The notes beneath the pieces are model-generated. The model worked only from the letters and a program-made list of their open reading frames with translations, did not search any database and was not told the origin of the DNA. A DNA stretch of 64,000 nt from Sphagnum compactum (taxonomy: Eukaryota). Positions 61,980-64,000 of the stretch are shown piece after piece (the first letter of the stretch is position 1; every line of letters starts with the position of its first letter). The DNA lies in assembly GCA_965153455.1 (NCBI GenBank), contig OZ234493.1, positions 11,088,213 through 11,152,212 on the forward strand, read 5' to 3'. The translations under genes were made by a program, and so were the position numbers.

Positions 61980-62500
61980 TGGATGTGATGATGATTGTTA
62001 TAAAATTCACACCTTGGGTGTAATGTATAAGAAATAAGTAGAACTCGATGGACAATCATGGCAACTTGTATCATCCTAAGATTGAGTGTAGAATTCTCAA
62101 TAAATAGGGTTATTCTCTAATCCATTGTTCCATATTTGTATGTTGTCACCTTCCAAAGTGGCATAAAAGTTTGGATGCTTGTAAGTTGTTTTCAAGTTGT
62201 TGACATCTTGAAAACTTGAAAGTTATGGGTGCCTAATTATTCAGAAAAGTTGGCACTGTGTCTAAATTTGCTGTCTAGATCAGACGTTTAAGGAATTGAG
62301 AAACTTGACAGCAAACAATGTTATATTGCAAAATGAAAATGGAATTCCTCTTGCATCAAAAGGAGTTGTGGAAAATCATTTCAGAAATCAAATTTGAAGA
62401 AATTATTCTCAAAAGGAGGCATTCTTGAGTAACATCTATTCTAGCAAAAGAAAGTCAGCTCATCTGACAATGCTCTTGAACATTGTTGATTCCTTGTTTC
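61980..62500 (+). mobile_element. Ty1/Copia remnant (degenerate PBS plus gag N-terminus)
   Basis: tggcataaaagt at 62159-62170 resembles the tRNA-iMet PBS tggtatcagagc (8 of 12). Downstream IEKL / KMKMEFLLHQKELWKII matches the Copia gag N-terminal pattern (KL.g.Ny..W..km..lL...LW). Confidence 0.55.
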
Positions 62501-62933
62501 GCTTAACATTTGCATGTTATTAACTGACTCTAATAAACCAAGAAGCTTATGATTTGGAGATGGAAGACTGAGGTAGTTAGGTGCAATTTGAAACCAACAA
62601 GCTCAATATCCTTGGCCAATCAATTGGCCAATCAGTAGTTTATTGCAGGCAGGAATGTAGCCATTTCTGATGTAGCAGAAACCCTTGAAAATGCTGCCAT
62701 AGTCTCAAATTCCACTTAGTTTTGAAAATAACTCTGTACATAAGAGAAAAGAGTCAGTAGACCTAAGTGGTACAAATGGTAGAGACAGGGTTACTACTGA
62801 AAGGCTCTGTGGCCACTTTTTCAGTGGTACCACATCTGACAACAGTGTTCACCTATGACAGTTTATATTACTGCTACACATGGTATGGAAAAACTGAAGT
62901 TGATAAAGTGATTGACAGGACAGACTACTAGCA

Positions 62934-64000
62934 TCATCAATAGTCCATGCAAGAACAAACACCATCATTGAAGTGATGAAAGCAATTCACATCCCTCACC
63001 ATGATTGTTCTCCCAACTATTTTTGAAATGAACTTAGTGGAAATATGGCAATCTTCACAAACCTGCAGCTTCTCTTTTTCAGAGTGGAGTACCAGGTGCT
63101 GTGTTGAGGAGCCTGAATGCAATTGCCAGGTTCTCACTATGGTGGCACAAATGAGACACCTTTTCTTCTTCCTCTACATCATGTAGCACAATTGCAGTAC
63201 GTGGCACATACCCAGCATCATGCATGAGCCCTGACAATCTCTTCAGTTCTGCACGGATTTCAACCATCTGAGGGTGGTCTTGATCATCTACTACAAATGT
63301 ATGCACCTTGTTATCCACCACAATCCAGGTGCAACCTAGCTGCCTTTTCACGCCTCTTTCCTTTCTCTGCCATTCAACATCCTCACAGAGATGCCTGTTG
63401 CCAGAAGCAGCATAGATGTTTGCTAGCAGCACATAACCCACAGCATTTTCAGACTCCAATTCAATAACTTGCTTAGCAACACATTCTCGCATCTCCACAT
63501 TTCCATGAATACTGCAAGCACTGAGCAAAGCCATGCATGTAGCAAAATGTGGTTTACAGGGCATGCTCTTGATCATATTCTCAGCCTCCTGTGGATGACC
63601 AGCAAGGCCAAGAAGGTCGACCATGCAGGTGTAATGTTCCACTGTTGGAGAAATCATGTAAACTTCCTTCATTGAAGCATAAAAGCACATGCCTTCATGC
63701 ACCAAACCTGCATGGCTACAAGCTGACAGACAACAAACAAAAGTGATATCATCTGGCTGTACACCTTCTTCACACATCTGTTTAAAATATGTAAGAGCTT
63801 CCTTACCATGCCCATGCATGGCAAATCCTCCAAATATGGAGTTCCAAGAGACCACATCCCACAATGGCATCTCATTGAACTCTCTTGGCATCCTCCATGC
63901 TGCCACATTTTGCGTACATGTCAACTAAGCAATTCCCCACAAAGACATCTGAATCCCATCCACTTTGAATGATCTGCTTGTGAGCAAATCTGCCCTCTTC
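62934..64000 (-). pseudogene. PLS-class PPR-E-DYW RNA-editing factor pseudogene (3' part; 5' end beyond the window)
   Basis: PPR motifs (GNCLVDMYAKCGSMEDA, DVVSWNSIFGGFAMHGHGKEAL, PDDITFVCCLSACSHAGLV), E domain, PG-box KRQLGCTWI, HHSENLA, CEDCH and [13 protein letters not shown]. Lesions: frameshift at about 63880, TGA at 63081-63079 followed by a frameshift, and the terminal Trp codon changed to TGA with the original TGA directly after. Confidence 0.9.

Overview
Eukaryotic, intron-rich land-plant nuclear DNA, most likely a bryophyte such as Sphagnum (inferred from gene and repeat style, not verified). The left half is gene-dense: a GH3 beta-xylosidase (+, 8 exons, two GC-AG introns), gamma-secretase subunit PEN2 (+), mitochondrial-type chaperonin-10 (-, with a heat-shock element) and a plastidic glucose-6-phosphate dehydrogenase (+, 10 exons). 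The right half is dominated by decayed transposons (CACTA, hAT, MITEs, LINE, Gypsy chromovirus, Copia) and ends in a PPR-DYW pseudogene. The most notable feature is an old tandem duplication carrying two 5-exon genes for a ~220-aa multi-pass membrane protein whose motifs resemble the bacterial DUF1648/SdpI toxin-immunity family. The second copy has a 1-bp deletion at its last acceptor, apparently rescuable by a downstream in-frame acceptor. A 4.9-kb hAT element with TIRs, a degenerate TSD and a paralogous empty site is also resolvable. Exon boundaries were read by hand and no database searches were run.
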